Below, in pieces: positions 62,001-64,000 of a stretch of DNA of 64,000 bases. Positions within the stretch are counted from its first letter, which is position 1. Every line of letters starts with the position of its first letter. Origin of the DNA: Lama guanicoe. Its lineage: Eukaryota. A model generated the notes under the pieces. That model made no database searches. It had not been told where the DNA came from and saw only the letters and a list, made by a program, of their open reading frames with translations. A program made the translations under genes and the position numbers. The stretch covers positions 3,747,567-3,811,566 of the forward strand of contig MU053629.1 in the NCBI GenBank assembly GCA_013239625.1. Reading direction: 5' to 3'.

Positions 62001-64000
62001 GGGTACCAGATCTGGGCTGTGTTTGTAACATACACGCCCTTGTAGAGTCCTCATGGCCCCTGGGGAGGTGGGCACCGCCATGCTCATTATACAGGTGAGC
62101 AAACTGAGGCCCAGCTGGTGAAGGTTGGTCCTCGACCCCAGGGTAGGGGAGCAGCAGGGCAGGATCCAAGGCTCCATCCCACTCTCTTCCAGGAGCCCTG
62201 AAGCACTGCCTCTGTAAGAGGTGGGAACATTGAAGCCAGAGGGGAGCATGATCAGAGAAGCAGCATCTGGCTTCCCTGGGCCTCAGTGTCCTCATCTCAG
62301 CAATGGGGACAGACATGCTGGCCCTGCTTCCCCTTCAGGGTAAATGTGAGGATGGGCCAAGGACTCCGTGTGTCTGTGAGCCCAGGGAGGAAGGGGTACG
62401 GGCTGGTCCTGTGTTCACCTCTCTTCCCTGTATCCCAGAGGCCCAACCAGGGGCGATGGGGTTGCCACTCAGATCACTGCCTAAGTCCCCCAAGGCCTGT
62501 TAACTCCTACTGGGTTTGGTCCCCAGACAGCGCATCCCCTGGCTTCTTGCCCAGAAAGACCAAACTGCAGCCTGGCTGGCCTCACTGGGCCAAACCAAGG
62601 CTGGGGTTGGGGGTAGTTCTGGGAGGGGAAGAGGGGAAGGAGGAGGGGCCTTTGAAGCCCCCCTAGTCATGGGGTAGCTGGGACAGGAAGTGCTGGAGGC
62701 TGGAGGCTGGAGATGGGGGATACAGTCGGGGCAGAGGGGAGGCCTGGGACTGGCCCCCACCACTCGCAGTTTCCTGTAGGCTCTCCCACGAGGCTGGTCT
62801 GACCACATACTCATCACCTCTCCTCAGACCTGCCCCACCTCTTGTAGAGGGGTGCACCAACCACCTGGACCCAGGCTAGAATCTGTCCTGCTGGCCCTTC
62901 ACTCCCCAGGGACAGTCACCAAATTCTGTGACTCCTGCCTCCCACTATCTCCCCAGCCTGGCTCTGCTCTCCATCCCCTCAAGGGCTCAGGCCTCCTTTC
63001 GTCCTATCAGGACCCTGAGGCCGGTTCCCTAACAGGACTCCCCTGCTCCCAGCCTTGCCTGTCCCCTGCACAAACACACACAGACACACACACACAGATT
63101 CCTACTTCTCTTCTCCAGAATTCCCAAAGTTCCATCTCCAAAATGCAATATGAGCCTTCACACCCCTGTTAAAAACCCTGTAATGGCTCCCTACTGCCGA
63201 GAGAGGGACTGTCTGGACACCTTAGCATGGCCTTTGAAGCACCCCTGCCTCCCCAGCCCCATCTACTTCATCAACCCCCCAACGCGAATTGCTTCAGTCT
63301 CGCTGCCACTCTCTAATCTGGGTGGGGTGTCTTTCAGGCCCCCATGCCTTTGCCTCTGTTGTCCCCTCCCCTGGAGCTCCTCCTTCCCCACCCTTGCCTC
63401 CTTCCCAGGCACTGGTCGCTCCCCTGTGGCTCCCACGTGGCTCTGGGTCCCCATAATTGCAAGGCCGTGTAGAAAGGGCTCTGATTTACAAGTGTGTCTG
63501 TCTCCTTTGTGGGACTGGGTGTTCCTGGAGGGCAGAGCCTTCATTGCGCATGCCCAGTGCCCCGGCGTGTGACCGCACGATGGCCAAGAGCTTGAGAAAT
63601 GTTTGTTGAGTGGGTGAACAGACCCTGTGCTGAGGATAGGAAAGGTGGGGGTGTGGGGCTTCCCTCTTTAGGGAGCTCCCTGTGTGGTCTGGGTTTGATG
63701 GCATCCCATTCTGGTGGAGAAGTCAGGGACATGGTCCTGGAGTGGCCTGGGCAGACCCCAGCCCAGAGCATCTCTTAGGGCACAGTCAGCCTGGTGGGAC
63801 CTTCTCTTAATAGGGAGGGCACCCTGGTCTGCTGGTCTGTACTAGGGCATTGTCATCTTCCTGCAGATATTCCCAGACACCTCCACAGGGTCCATCCCCG
63901 GCACTGCCTGCAGCAAGAAATCCACTCCCTGGTCCCCATCCAAGGCTCTGACCACCAACATGCTGAAAAAGACCGGCTGTTCCCCAGGTATACCCTGCTT

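Overview
Mammalian genomic DNA, most likely a camelid (six copies of a tRNA-headed SINE resembling Vic-1, plus cetartiodactyl-type L1 3' ends). The first 12.6 kb holds coding exons 1-12 of LCTL (lactase-like/gamma-Klotho, GH1 family) on the minus strand: 1588 nt, all introns GT-AG and in phase. The last, transmembrane-coding exon lies off the left edge. The last intron carries a decayed ANKRD26-family processed pseudogene whose 5' end looks like an L1 5'UTR joined to an ANKRD26 exon. The other ~50 kb has no credible protein-coding gene. It is repeat-rich intergenic DNA (L1, MIR, MaLR/ERV LTRs, hAT elements, SINEs) with candidate CTCF and enhancer motif clusters and a CpG island broken by a 364-N gap. 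By recalled human synteny this is the LCTL-SMAD6 interval; SMAD6 itself is not in the window. I see no new biological system. The best leads are two chimeric retroposition products and possible LCTL isoform/translation controls. Homology and repeat names come from memory, not searches; repeat boundaries are approximate.
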